IMG/VR virus record: IMGVR_UViG_3300024314_000003
Length of the DNA stretch: 64,000 nt
From: an uncultured virus (IMG/VR IMGVR_UViG_3300024314_000003)
Lineage: Duplodnaviria > Heunggongvirae > Uroviricota > Caudoviricetes
Strand: one strand, 5' to 3'
The position numbers and the translations under genes were made by a program. A model generated the notes under the pieces. The model was not told the DNA's origin. It searched no databases and was given only the letters and a program-made list of their open reading frames with translations. Of the stretch, positions 33,752-43,368 are shown in pieces (the first letter of the stretch is position 1; every line of letters starts with the position of its first letter).

Positions 33752-34487
33752 TATTTCAGATTTAAAAAACATGTTATTTATTGACATTGAAACGTCAACT
33801 GCTGCAAAGGACTTAGATAGCTTTGCAGAGATTATTGGAGAAAATGCATACTCACACTGGGAAAAGAAAGCAAAGTATGGTAGACAAAGTAAATCAGAGT
33901 ATGAAGGAGTTTCAGATGCTGATATGTATATCAAGGATGCTGCCCTTTATCCTGAATTCGGAAGAGCAGTAGTTATTACAATCGGACAAGTCACCTTCCC
34001 AGATGGCATTACACCTACCCCTAAGATAAAGTCTTTTTATGGAGATGATGAAAAGAATACTCTAAAGGAATTTATGGATACGATGGCATTAATCTTTAAG
34101 GCAAATCCTAAAATTCAAATAGTAGGTCATAACATTAAAGGCTTTGATATGCCTTACTTAATTAAAAGATCCATTATTCAAGGTGTAGAAATTCCACAAC
34201 AATTACACTTACAAAAACTTAAGCCATGGGAGAATTGTCTATTAGACACTAATGAAATATGGAAATTTGGCGGATGGAATGGTGCATCTCTTTCTATGAT
34301 CTGTGATCTTTTACAGATACCTTCTCCTAAACAAAACATGTATGGTGGTGAAGTATCAGAAGCGTATTACGCTGGAAGATTAGAAGAAATTAAAGACTAT
34401 TGTGAAGATGATGTTATTGGAACTATGAACGTGATGTTAAAGATGTCAGATATGGAACTAGTATCTAAGGTTGAAGCTCCATTTTAA
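33744..34487 (+). CDS. PolB-related DEDD 3'-5' exonuclease
   Basis: FIDIET, GHNIKGFDMPY and YCEDDV motifs. Confidence 0.85.
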   Translation: MYSISDLKNMLFIDIETSTAAKDLDSFAEIIGENAYSHWEKKAKYGRQSKSEYEGVSDADMYIKDAALYPEFGRAVVITIGQVTFPDGITPTPKIKSFYGDDEKNTLKEFMDTMALIFKANPKIQIVGHNIKGFDMPYLIKRSIIQGVEIPQQLHLQKLKPWENCLLDTNEIWKFGGWNGASLSMICDLLQIPSPKQNMYGGEVSEAYYAGRLEEIKDYCEDDVIGTMNVMLKMSDMELVSKVEAPF

Positions 34488-34500
34488 TTTAAACTTTTTT

Positions 34501-34560
34501 GAAAATAAACAGTTAAAAGTTTTTTTATCTCAGAAATTTTGCTTATATTAGTATAGTAAT
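34501..34560 (+). promoter_or_regulatory. Class I repeated promoter element
   Basis: GAAAATAAACAGTTAAAAGTTTTTTTATCTCAGAAATTTTGCTTATATTAGTATAGTAAT. Confidence 0.75.
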
Positions 34561-34575
34561 TAAAAATAAAGAAAT

Positions 34576-34860
34576 ATGTTTGAAGACTTCGAAGACCAAA
34601 ACAACGATGAGCACGATGAAATAGCTCAAATTCAAAAAAATGCAGATATGGAAAATAACCTTCACGAACTGAAAGATAAACTAGTTAGAAATAACTGGGA
34701 TATGATCTTAGAAAAAGGAGTTGACTTTAAATCAATGCAAGACAACGGCATAGAAATAGAACCGATTATCAGAACATTACAGCAAATGTTAGATTGGTTT
34801 CAGGAATCTGAAGAATATGAAAAATGTGCACATCTTAAAAATATTCTAGACAATAAATAA
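34576..34860 (+). CDS. small protein with C-terminal UVR-like motif
   Basis: WFQESEEYEKCAHLK. Confidence 0.75.
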   Translation: MFEDFEDQNNDEHDEIAQIQKNADMENNLHELKDKLVRNNWDMILEKGVDFKSMQDNGIEIEPIIRTLQQMLDWFQESEEYEKCAHLKNILDNK

Positions 34861-34878
34861 AATGTGTATAAATATATC

Positions 34879-35073
34879 ATGGAAGAACAATTATTAAAAG
34901 TCATTGCGGAGCAACTTACGAGAATTGCAGATCTTATGGAAAACCAACAGAAAAGAGATGTGGTTGAAAAAAGAAAGAGCATTAAAGTCGTTAAGGAAGC
35001 CGTAAAGAAAAGAAAGAATGAACTACTACGAACTGCTGCAGATAGACAAGTCAGCAAGCCAAGCCGAGATTAA
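34879..35073 (+). CDS. small coiled-coil hypothetical protein
   Basis: MEEQLLKVIAEQLTRIADLME; overlaps the dnaJ-like start by 56 nt. Confidence 0.5.
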   Translation: MEEQLLKVIAEQLTRIADLMENQQKRDVVEKRKSIKVVKEAVKKRKNELLRTAADRQVSKPSRD

Positions 35074-35818
35074 GAAGGCCTATCGTAAACTAGCAAAGCA
35101 ATATCATCCCGATACCGTCGAAGGGGATGAGTCTTCCTTTAAAGAAATAGTTACAGCATACGAGGTTTTATCTGACGAGAACAGAAAAAGAAAGTATGAT
35201 ATTGAATTAGGATATAAGTCTTCTGACAATCCATTTCATAGTTGGTTTCAAAACGGAGAAGGATCCTTCAGTGATATGTTCAATGATGCGTTTGGTTCCT
35301 CTTCAAAAGGAAGAGACGTTACGGTTAGAATGACAATAACCCTAGAAGAATCTTATCATGGAACCCAAAAGAGAGTAGACATAGGTTCTAAAAAACTAAA
35401 CGTTAATATACCTAAAGGAGTTTATGAAGGTATGAAGTTAAAAATTAGTGGAAAAGGTCAACCTCATCCTGCTAATTCATCTGCACCCAAAGGAGATCTA
35501 ATCATTATAATTAATTTAAAATATGATGATAGGATTATATTAAACGGAAATGACATCTATGTAGATGCAAATGTTTCTTTTTATGATATGATTCTAGGAA
35601 CTGAAATAGAAATCAATACGCCTTTTTATAAAATAAAGGTAAATGTTCCTCCAAATTCACAGAATAATAAGATATTAAGAATAAGTGGTAAAGGATTCCC
35701 GATATATAGTATGAATACTTATGGTAACCTTATGGTGAAGTTAAATGCATTTAATCCACCCCTTAAAGATTCACAAATAGAACTAATAAAAAAAATAAAA
35801 GAAATAGACAATGAATGA
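35018..35818 (+). CDS. dnaJ: DnaJ/CbpA-type co-chaperone (no zinc finger)
   Basis: J-domain NYYELL..EIKKAYRKLAKQYHPD plus a DnaJ C-terminal domain. Confidence 0.9.
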   Translation: MNYYELLQIDKSASQAEIKKAYRKLAKQYHPDTVEGDESSFKEIVTAYEVLSDENRKRKYDIELGYKSSDNPFHSWFQNGEGSFSDMFNDAFGSSSKGRDVTVRMTITLEESYHGTQKRVDIGSKKLNVNIPKGVYEGMKLKISGKGQPHPANSSAPKGDLIIIINLKYDDRIILNGNDIYVDANVSFYDMILGTEIEINTPFYKIKVNVPPNSQNNKILRISGKGFPIYSMNTYGNLMVKLNAFNPPLKDSQIELIKKIKEIDNE

Positions 35819-36116
35819 TTTACCAGATTTTGACGAATGGGATAATTCAGATACCAATAGAAATAATCCAGAATTTGAAGTTAACAACAGCGTAGAATCA
35901 ATCGCGTTTATTGAAAAATTGAAATCATCATCCAAAGAGATAATGATGGACTTAATTTATAAGGCTATAATTGAAAATGAAATGGGAGCATTAAACAATA
36001 ATTCTCCTAAAGAAGAAAAAATAGCAGCACTAGAAACGGTTATCAAATATTTCGCAGAACAAGAAGAATATGAAAGATGCCATGAACTTAAAAAAATCAT
36101 AAGCAATATATGTTAA
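35811..36116 (+). CDS. small protein with C-terminal UVR-like motif
   Basis: YFAEQEEYERCHELK. Confidence 0.75.
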   Translation: MNDLPDFDEWDNSDTNRNNPEFEVNNSVESIAFIEKLKSSSKEIMMDLIYKAIIENEMGALNNNSPKEEKIAALETVIKYFAEQEEYERCHELKKIISNIC

Positions 36117-36307
36117 TAATTAATGTAGATAAAGGGAATATAGAAAAAGCTTTAAAACAGTATAAGCGTAAAACCATTAAGACCAAACAGATGAAAAAGG
36201 TTAGAGATGAAAAGCAATATACGAAGCCCTCTGCATTAAAGAGACTTAAGTTCCAAAAGGCAATATATCTTCAAAAGAAATCTAACGCCGAAAACAAGGA
36301 CAAGTAG
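36110..36307 (+). CDS. rpsU: ribosomal protein bS21
   Basis: MLIINVDKGNIEKALKQYKRK..YTKPSALKR..QKAIY, a Flavobacteriales-type S21. Confidence 0.9.
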   Translation: MLIINVDKGNIEKALKQYKRKTIKTKQMKKVRDEKQYTKPSALKRLKFQKAIYLQKKSNAENKDK

Positions 36308-36413
36308 AAATATAATAACATATTTTTTTACTTCATTTTACCTTAGACCTTACCGGAATTAAATATATAAATTGAGATTATTAATATCTCGATATAAAAA
36401 AATATACTTTGTA

Positions 36414-36671
36414 ATGAAGGAATCTTTTAGTGATGACAAAGACGCATTGATGAGATCAAGCTATTATACTATCACAAGAAATTTTACTAAAACCATTAAT
36501 AGATTTGTTGTATTCAGCGAAGGCAAGAATACGATAGAAATCCCTCATGGCGAAGGACAAAGAAGCAAGTTCATAGATATTATTATAGAATATTTTGAAG
36601 AACTTGAGGAGTATGAAAAATGTGATACGTTATTGCAGCTTAAAAAAACGGTAATAATGGCAGGAGACTAA
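36414..36671 (+). CDS. small protein with C-terminal UVR-like motif
   Basis: YFEELEEYEKCDTL; probable ATG at 36414. Confidence 0.7.
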   Translation: MKESFSDDKDALMRSSYYTITRNFTKTINRFVVFSEGKNTIEIPHGEGQRSKFIDIIIEYFEELEEYEKCDTLLQLKKTVIMAGD

Positions 36672-36685
36672 AAAAATTAAACTCG

Positions 36686-37414
36686 ATGAGCAGAAACAAT
36701 TCAAACAATAAATCTTCATCTAGTTCCGATGGACCTAGAAGAAGAAGATACGGAATAAAAGAAGCAGAATTAAAAGGAGTACAATTAAGACAATCCCAAA
36801 AGAAATATACAAACACAATACTAGAGAATCAGATAACGTTTTGCACAGGTCCAGCTGGAACATCCAAAACATTTACAGCATGTTATACTGCACTCCTCCT
36901 CTTAGCTAGAAAAGAGATTTCACAAATAGTATTATGTAAACCCATCCAGGAAGCAGGTGAAAAGTTAGGATTTTTACCAGGAGATATCGCAGACAAGATA
37001 GATCCATTCATGCAATCATACATATCGAACATTACAAAAATAGTAGGATCTGAAATAGCACAAACTCTCGTAGAGAAAGAAGTTATTGTATTTAGGCCAA
37101 TGGCTTATATGAGAGGTGATACATTTGACGGATCATTAATGGTATTAGATGAAGCACAGAATGCAACGTTCAAGCAGTTAATGTTATTTGTAACAAGAAT
37201 GGGTAAAGACTCTAAGGTTATAGTAACAGGAGACGTTAGCCAGCATGATATATCTAAAGCCAATGTTGGTTTACCTTCGTTTACTGAATTAATGACAGGT
37301 ATTAAAGGAATAGGTGTGCATGAATTTACTGAAAAAGATATTGTTAGAGCAAAGATCCTTCAGGAAGTTGTAAAGAGATACGATAAGTGGAAGGAAAACC
37401 ACGAGCCTAAATAA
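36686..37414 (+). CDS. phoH: PhoH-family ATPase
   Basis: GPAGTSKT, GEKLGFLPGD, YMRGDTF, LDEAQN and TGDVSQ motifs. Confidence 0.93.
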   Translation: MSRNNSNNKSSSSSDGPRRRRYGIKEAELKGVQLRQSQKKYTNTILENQITFCTGPAGTSKTFTACYTALLLLARKEISQIVLCKPIQEAGEKLGFLPGDIADKIDPFMQSYISNITKIVGSEIAQTLVEKEVIVFRPMAYMRGDTFDGSLMVLDEAQNATFKQLMLFVTRMGKDSKVIVTGDVSQHDISKANVGLPSFTELMTGIKGIGVHEFTEKDIVRAKILQEVVKRYDKWKENHEPK

Positions 37415-37455
37415 ACATTTCACTAAATGTGTGTATAACTCCTATAAAACTTAAT

Positions 37456-38085
37456 ATGGAGAAAGCAAAACACATCTTACTTAAAGGAAGTTATAATGAC
37501 GATAGAAGTATCGTTGAAGTTGGAATAGACGAAGCAGGTCGAGGTGCCTTGGCAGGCCCAGTTACAGTATCTGCGGTTATTATGCCGTATGGATTTAACC
37601 ATCCTTTAATAAAAGATTCTAAATTGCTAAATGAATCTCAAAGAAAAGAGGCTAGGGAAATAGTATTAGATAACGCAATTGCGTATAGCGTTCAGCATAT
37701 AGATACGGAAACAATAGAATCTACTAACATATTAAAGGCTACTCTTCTAGGAATGAAAGAATGTCTAAACACTATTGACAATTCATTTAATTTTATATTA
37801 GTGGATGGAGATCAATTCCACGGATATGAAGGAATACCTTTTAAAACCGTAATAGGTGGAGATAATAAATATAGTTCTATCGCTGCTGCATCCATACTTG
37901 CTAAAACAAGTAGAGATATGTTAATGAAAGAATTAGATGAAGAAACTCCAGGATATGGATGGAATTCTAATAAAGGATATGGAACAAAGCAACATATAAC
38001 TGCAATAAAGGAAATGGGAGCCAGTGATTCACATAGGCCTTCATTTATATCACATCTATTAACTACTACTAATTCATTATTCTAA
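37456..38085 (+). CDS. rnhB: ribonuclease HII
   Basis: GIDEAGRGALAGPV, DSK, VDG, SIAAASILAK and NKGYGT; probable ATG at 37456. Confidence 0.95.
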   Translation: MEKAKHILLKGSYNDDRSIVEVGIDEAGRGALAGPVTVSAVIMPYGFNHPLIKDSKLLNESQRKEAREIVLDNAIAYSVQHIDTETIESTNILKATLLGMKECLNTIDNSFNFILVDGDQFHGYEGIPFKTVIGGDNKYSSIAAASILAKTSRDMLMKELDEETPGYGWNSNKGYGTKQHITAIKEMGASDSHRPSFISHLLTTTNSLF

Positions 38086-38426
38086 TGAAACTTTTTTACG
38101 GCTTTTTATTATTCCTCTTAGGGCAAGGACTTATTTGGATTCAAACTAATGGACAATTTGTATGGCCCTGGTTTAAGAAAAACCCATGGCCAGTTGCCAT
38201 TGGAATGGGTTCTATTATTAGTTACATTTTAATTAAAGCAACACAGATGGTTGTTGAGCACTTTGACGGTTTACTTTGGCCTGGAAGATTCATAGGTTTT
38301 GCTAGTGGTATTCTTATATTTACTGCTATGACTTATTACTTTATGAATGAAGGTATCACGGCGAAGACCGGAGTGTCTCTATTATTAACCCTTATTTTAA
38401 TATCGATACAAATACTATGGAAATAA
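38085..38426 (+). CDS. small four-helix membrane protein
   Basis: Four hydrophobic segments in 113 aa (SMR/DMT-like size). Confidence 0.65.
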   Translation: MKLFYGFLLFLLGQGLIWIQTNGQFVWPWFKKNPWPVAIGMGSIISYILIKATQMVVEHFDGLLWPGRFIGFASGILIFTAMTYYFMNEGITAKTGVSLLLTLILISIQILWK

Positions 38427-39142
38427 ATTCAGTTACAGTTGTTCTTACCTCATGTGGAAGAGTTGATCTTTTAGAAAAAACACTAGACTCTTTTTTTAAA
38501 TTCAACACATATCCAATTGAAAGATTTATTATAACAGAGGACTCTGCACAGGAAGAAGTATTTGATGCATGTAATGAGCTTAATAAGAAGTATAATAACT
38601 CTTTAGAGTTTATGTTTAATGAAAATAAACTAGGACAGTCAAAGTCAATAGATAAAGCATACTCTACCGTAACTACTAAATATGTTTTTCATTGTGAAGA
38701 AGATTGGGAATTCTATAGACATGGATTTATCGAAGATTCTATTAGAATTCTCTCTGCTAGTGAAAAAATATTACAAGCATGGATACGCCCAAAGAACGAT
38801 AGGATTTTAAATAAAATATCTGAAAGAGTATTTGAATTAAACGGAATGAAAGTTAGAGCTGTTCTTCCTGCCAGTTTTTCAACAGGAGACTTGAACGAAG
38901 ATGGTACTCCCATGATAGTCAGGGATTATATGGGATTTAGCTGGAATCCAGGCTTAAAAAGAATGAGCGACTATAGACTATTAAATAACGGGTACACGGG
39001 AATGGTTAGAGAACATCTCGTAGATCACTGGTATAGAGATCAGGGTTTTATAGTTGTTAGTTTATCAGTGGACGATAATGATGGATATGTCAAACATATC
39101 GGATGGGATAGAAGAGCTGGAGATCCTGGATTCGTAGGATAG
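38417..39142 (+). CDS. glycosyltransferase family 2-like
   Basis: VVLTSCGRVDLL, FHCEEDW, FSWNPGL and VKHIG motifs. Confidence 0.75.
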   Translation: MEINSVTVVLTSCGRVDLLEKTLDSFFKFNTYPIERFIITEDSAQEEVFDACNELNKKYNNSLEFMFNENKLGQSKSIDKAYSTVTTKYVFHCEEDWEFYRHGFIEDSIRILSASEKILQAWIRPKNDRILNKISERVFELNGMKVRAVLPASFSTGDLNEDGTPMIVRDYMGFSWNPGLKRMSDYRLLNNGYTGMVREHLVDHWYRDQGFIVVSLSVDDNDGYVKHIGWDRRAGDPGFVG

Positions 39143-39153
39143 ATATATAGAGT

Positions 39154-39711
39154 ATGAAACATCTAATGACATTCGAAAAGTATTACGCATATAACGATTT
39201 CAAAAAGAACTGGGGTTCTCCTGAAGAAATGAAACAGGAAGTTGAATGGATTATGGCGAGATTATTACCTAAGGAAGATATGCTTAAAAGCATTGAAGAT
39301 CTTTCAACTGACAAGGGTATTAAATTTGAAATCAAATTATCTTCTAAAGATACAATCCACATGTATAAAGTAAGTGGATGGAGAATGCAAGAAAATGATG
39401 GATGGGAATATTACTATAACAAAAAGAAAACCATCTATAGAAAATTAAAGAATCAACTAGAAAAAGAAATCTTATCTGATCTAGAATTATTCTTAAAATA
39501 CTTTAAATCATACGATCTATATGCACAATACATCGATGATGGTGGACAATATAGAGCCGCAAAAGATAACAATTCTTCTATTATAGACAGATTTGACAAT
39601 TTATCATCTTCTGATAAAAAGAAAGCTAAGAAAGAATTGCTTAAACATTTTAAGGCATCTTATAAAGGAAAAGATATCGTTGATCAGGTAAACAACCTTT
39701 TCAAATCCTAG
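39154..39711 (+). CDS. hypothetical protein with CTS-like N-terminus
   Basis: MKHLMTFEKY; GATATATAG at 39142. Confidence 0.65.
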   Translation: MKHLMTFEKYYAYNDFKKNWGSPEEMKQEVEWIMARLLPKEDMLKSIEDLSTDKGIKFEIKLSSKDTIHMYKVSGWRMQENDGWEYYYNKKKTIYRKLKNQLEKEILSDLELFLKYFKSYDLYAQYIDDGGQYRAAKDNNSSIIDRFDNLSSSDKKKAKKELLKHFKASYKGKDIVDQVNNLFKS

Positions 39712-39748
39712 CTTTTTAAAAATAACCCAAATTCATTGGGTTTTTATT

Positions 39749-40345
39749 ATGACTATTTACGTAGCACCTCCAAGGGGAATAAAGGAAAAAGAGGCAATTC
39801 GACTCTGGCTTTCACATTACAACCATGAAATAATATGGCTAGATCTTAGACGCAAGGTCAAAGGCCCTTTACTATTATGTGGAGGAGCAGACATTGGAAA
39901 AGACGAAGAAAGGGACGCTAAAGAATTCGTATGGATTAAACAGGCCCTGGATTCTAATAATAGAATATTAGGAATATGTAGAGGAATGCAAATCCTAAAT
40001 CATTATTTTGGAGGAACGGTAGAAGATTTATCTGATGCAATAGTAGAAGATCATAAAGCAGCTGACTTTTCAGAAGACGTTGATCATAGCGGGAAGCCAT
40101 CTCAATTCCATACGGTTGAAGATTTAAATGGAACATTAACTAGTGTTAATTCTAGGCATCATCAACACTGTAATATACTAGCTAAAAACTTCAAAGCTAC
40201 ACATCTTTCATATCCATTATATTCTGTAGTTGAAGGATTCGAAGACTTAGATAAAAAGATATGGGCAGTTCAATGGCATCCTGAAAAGATGGAGTCAGAA
40301 GATAACGAATATCCTTTAGGTAAACTGTACCATAAGTTTTTGTAA
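39749..40345 (+). CDS. class I glutamine amidotransferase / peptidase C26-like
   Basis: GGADI, GICRGMQ (Cys nucleophile), VNSRHHQ and VQWHPE motifs. Confidence 0.88.
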   Translation: MTIYVAPPRGIKEKEAIRLWLSHYNHEIIWLDLRRKVKGPLLLCGGADIGKDEERDAKEFVWIKQALDSNNRILGICRGMQILNHYFGGTVEDLSDAIVEDHKAADFSEDVDHSGKPSQFHTVEDLNGTLTSVNSRHHQHCNILAKNFKATHLSYPLYSVVEGFEDLDKKIWAVQWHPEKMESEDNEYPLGKLYHKFL

Positions 40346-40374
40346 TAACTTCTGGTTATAACCAAAAGTTTTTT

Positions 40375-40434
40375 GAAAATAAACAGCTAAAAGTTTTTTT
40401 ATCTCAGATTTTTTGCTTATATTAGTATAGTAAT
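40375..40434 (+). promoter_or_regulatory. Class I repeated promoter element
   Basis: GAAAATAAACAGCTAAAAGTTTTTTTATCTCAGATTTTTTGCTTATATTAGTATAGTAAT. Confidence 0.75.
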
Positions 40435-40450
40435 CAATCAAGCAATAATA

Positions 40451-40675
40451 ATGATCAGAAAAAAACTTCACAAACATCAATCAAATCCTGTAATAATCGA
40501 CTTAACGGGTCCTGAAGGAAATGCCTTCATGCTATTAGCCTACGCAAAAAGTTTTTCAAAAGATCTTGGAAAGGATTGGGAAACTCTTTATTCTCAAATG
40601 ACAGGAGGAGACTATGAAAATCTTATTAAGGTATTTGACGAAGCGTTTGGAGATTTTGTAATCTTAGAAAGGTAA
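40451..40675 (+). CDS. conserved phage hypothetical protein
   Basis: IDLTGPEGNAF..GDYENL motif. Confidence 0.7.
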   Translation: MIRKKLHKHQSNPVIIDLTGPEGNAFMLLAYAKSFSKDLGKDWETLYSQMTGGDYENLIKVFDEAFGDFVILER

Positions 40676-40812
40676 TGGAAAACAAGGGTAAGAAATTAAA
40701 AGAAGTAAATTTAACATTACAAGAGTGGCTTGATGCCCTTCGTATGCCTACTCCTGTGAGAAACAAGAAAAAGTATCGAAGAAAGAATAAGCATAAAAAT
40801 AAAGAAGATTAA
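40675..40812 (+). CDS. small basic ArfA-like peptide (45 aa)
   Basis: Hand translation MENKGKKLKEVNLTLQEWLDALRMPTPVRNKKKYRRKNKHKNKED; TAATG coupling to the upstream ORF. Confidence 0.55.
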   Translation: MENKGKKLKEVNLTLQEWLDALRMPTPVRNKKKYRRKNKHKNKED

Positions 40813-40870
40813 AAATAAACAGTAAAATGTTTTTTTATCTCAAGTATTTTGCTTATATTAGTATAGTAAT
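40812..40870 (+). promoter_or_regulatory. Class I repeated promoter element
   Basis: AAAATAAACAGTAAAATGTTTTTTTATCTCAAGTATTTTGCTTATATTAGTATAGTAAT. Confidence 0.75.
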
Positions 40871-40889
40871 TAATAATTAAAACAAACAC

Positions 40890-41303
40890 ATGAACTTAGA
40901 ATCAATCAAAGCAAACGGAATTAGTTGGTATGAACCTGCAAAATCTATTATCCCACATCTCACTACTCAAATTGGAATCTTTAAAATGAGACATCCAGAA
41001 AAGGATATTTTCGAAAAGTTCGGAGATGGCGAATACTTTTCAGGAAGGCGATTTAACGATAACGGTGATGTAGCAATTAGAATTGGTGGAGCAATTGTTA
41101 GACAAGCACAGGAAGAATACATTTATTCTAACATGGGTCGCAATTCAATGACATCTGAGGAAACTCTTCCTCTTTTAGAAGGTATCATTAGCGCATGGTT
41201 CGACACTCTCTCCGCTTCTGAAATTGATATGCTTATTGTCGACGGACTCAAGTGTTGTGCAGAAACAGATCATTGGTACGAATTTGAAAAGCAATGGGAC
41301 TAA
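40890..41303 (+). CDS. hypothetical protein
   Basis: 137-aa ORF downstream of a class I element. Confidence 0.7.
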   Translation: MNLESIKANGISWYEPAKSIIPHLTTQIGIFKMRHPEKDIFEKFGDGEYFSGRRFNDNGDVAIRIGGAIVRQAQEEYIYSNMGRNSMTSEETLPLLEGIISAWFDTLSASEIDMLIVDGLKCCAETDHWYEFEKQWD

Positions 41304-41536
41304 TGATTTCAATGTATGAACGCATTGCTAGAATCGAAGGCACGACTCATGTCGTACGAATAGAAGACAGTGTAGTATACAGACAAAATGGATATGAAGT
41401 AATTGGTGACAATCTGTTTGTTCAGACTGAAGACCGATTACTTTTTATGGATTTCGATGTATTTACGTTAGAAGAAGCATGCATGGCCGAACGAACGGTC
41501 AAAGAAGTAAAAAAGAAACTTAATACAAACTCTTAA
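41294..41536 (+). CDS. hypothetical protein
   Basis: Short co-oriented ORF; start may be the ATG at 41303. Confidence 0.6.
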   Translation: MGLMISMYERIARIEGTTHVVRIEDSVVYRQNGYEVIGDNLFVQTEDRLLFMDFDVFTLEEACMAERTVKEVKKKLNTNS

Positions 41537-41546
41537 TATAAAATAT

Positions 41547-42479
41547 ATGGCAGCAGACTACGGATATTGTTGTATCAACATGACTCTTAAAAAAGAATCG
41601 AACATATATGTTGGTAGAAAAATGATTAAAAGAACCTTCATGGAAAAAGGTATTAAATACGCATCAGAACTTGCAGTGTTAAATATCAAGGACATGATAG
41701 AAATTATCAAGTGGAATTACAAGAACGACATAACAATGTATCGTATGTCAAGTAATCTATTTCCATGGATGTCGGAATACGAATTATCTGAACTTCCTGA
41801 TTATGACAAAGTGTGTAATCTAATGAAAGGTGCAGGTAAACTTGCTAAACAATATGGCCAAAGATTGACATTCCATCCAGGTCCTTTCAATGTTCTTGCT
41901 TCTCCGAATGAAAAGGTAGTTATCAAAGCCCTTAAAGATTTACGTCAACACGGCGAAATAATGGATATGCTAGATTTACCACAAACTCCTTATGCTGCTA
42001 TCAATATTCACATCGGCGGAACCTACGACGATAAAGAAGCTACTAAGAAAAGATTTGCTGAAAATTTCAAGCGACTTACTCCAGGTGCAGCGAATCGTCT
42101 AGTTATCGAAAACGATGACAAAACAGCACAGTATTCGGTACAGGATTTATATGACATACATCTATTAACGGGTAAAACTCCAATCACATTTGACTATCAT
42201 CATCACTGGTGCTACGAAGATTCAATGCCAGAAAAAGAAGCTCTAGAACTTGCAGCTAAATCATGGCCTAAAGGAATTCGCCAACTATGCCACTATTCTT
42301 CATGTAAACAAATACACGAAGATGCTACACAAGGCAATAAACGTGCACATGCTGATTATGTATATGATCACATTGAAACGTATGGTATGGATCTAGATAT
42401 CGAACTCGAAGCAAAGGCGAAAGAACTTGCCCTACAGCGATACAAGCAGGAGTTTTTAAAGGAGCTCGTTCTATCATAG
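41547..42479 (+). CDS. uvsE: UV DNA damage endonuclease
   Basis: GYCCIN, YRMSS, RLTFHPGPFNVLAS, IENDD, FDYHHH, HADY and EAKAKE motifs. Confidence 0.93.
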   Translation: MAADYGYCCINMTLKKESNIYVGRKMIKRTFMEKGIKYASELAVLNIKDMIEIIKWNYKNDITMYRMSSNLFPWMSEYELSELPDYDKVCNLMKGAGKLAKQYGQRLTFHPGPFNVLASPNEKVVIKALKDLRQHGEIMDMLDLPQTPYAAINIHIGGTYDDKEATKKRFAENFKRLTPGAANRLVIENDDKTAQYSVQDLYDIHLLTGKTPITFDYHHHWCYEDSMPEKEALELAAKSWPKGIRQLCHYSSCKQIHEDATQGNKRAHADYVYDHIETYGMDLDIELEAKAKELALQRYKQEFLKELVLS

Positions 42480-42490
42480 ATATATAAGTT

Positions 42491-43030
42491 ATGAAGTTTA
42501 TAAAGACATTTGAAGATTGGAACGAAGTTTCCCCCGAATTAAAAGCTCACATTGAAGAAGGATTAGATCTTACTAATTCATTCTTTCGTTTAGGAAGCGA
42601 TGCATATATTGAATTATTTGAAGAAGTAAAGCAATATTGGGATAAAAACAATATTATCTTAAAGGGTCCTTCAGGATGGATGGCTAAAAATCTAGAAGTA
42701 GGAACTAAAGCAGTCTATAAACCTAGAGGAGGAAATCAAAAGAATGTAAAATTAGATTCACCAACAAGGGGTGGAAATAAGAAATTCATAGTTTACAGAA
42801 ATAGTGGAAGAACTGATAAAGAAGGAAACATCATTGCTAAGAAATTAGAATGGGGAGATCCTTCATCTACTATTAAGAACGACGACCCGGGAAGAGCAGC
42901 TAACTTTTGGGCTAGACACGGTTGTGATAAAATGGCTAAGATGGATCCGACTAAGGCGGGATTTTGGGCATGTTACGGACCTACTCTTTTTGGAAAACAG
43001 CTTGGTATAAAAAGTGATCAACCATGGTAG
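42491..43030 (+). CDS. conserved phage protein with CTS-like N-terminus
   Basis: MKFIKTFEDWNE; C-terminal WGDP..NFWARHGCD..AGFWAC. Confidence 0.65.
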   Translation: MKFIKTFEDWNEVSPELKAHIEEGLDLTNSFFRLGSDAYIELFEEVKQYWDKNNIILKGPSGWMAKNLEVGTKAVYKPRGGNQKNVKLDSPTRGGNKKFIVYRNSGRTDKEGNIIAKKLEWGDPSSTIKNDDPGRAANFWARHGCDKMAKMDPTKAGFWACYGPTLFGKQLGIKSDQPW

Positions 43031-43368
43031 ATAAAGATTGTAAATGTAAAAGTTGCGGTTGTGGAGAAATGTCCATGGAAGAAATGATATCCATGGTCGA
43101 TGATAAAACATTACCCTTTACGGAGACGACTGTTTCAAAAAATATAATCATTAGAGAATTCTTACCAAACCAACCTGAACATCTTTTTAAATGGCACTTC
43201 GACGAGGAGGACAGGGTTATCGAAGCTTTAAACGAAAATGATTGGAAGTTCCAATATGATAATAAGCTCCCTATAGAATTAAAAGGATATATAGAAGTAA
43301 ATGCAGGAGAGTATCATAGAATTATACAGGGTACTTCTTCTTTGAAAATACAAATAACTAAAAAATGA
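43024..43368 (+). CDS. cupin-like hypothetical protein
   Basis: KWHFDEEDR...YHRIIQG. Confidence 0.55.
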   Translation: MVDKDCKCKSCGCGEMSMEEMISMVDDKTLPFTETTVSKNIIIREFLPNQPEHLFKWHFDEEDRVIEALNENDWKFQYDNKLPIELKGYIEVNAGEYHRIIQGTSSLKIQITKK

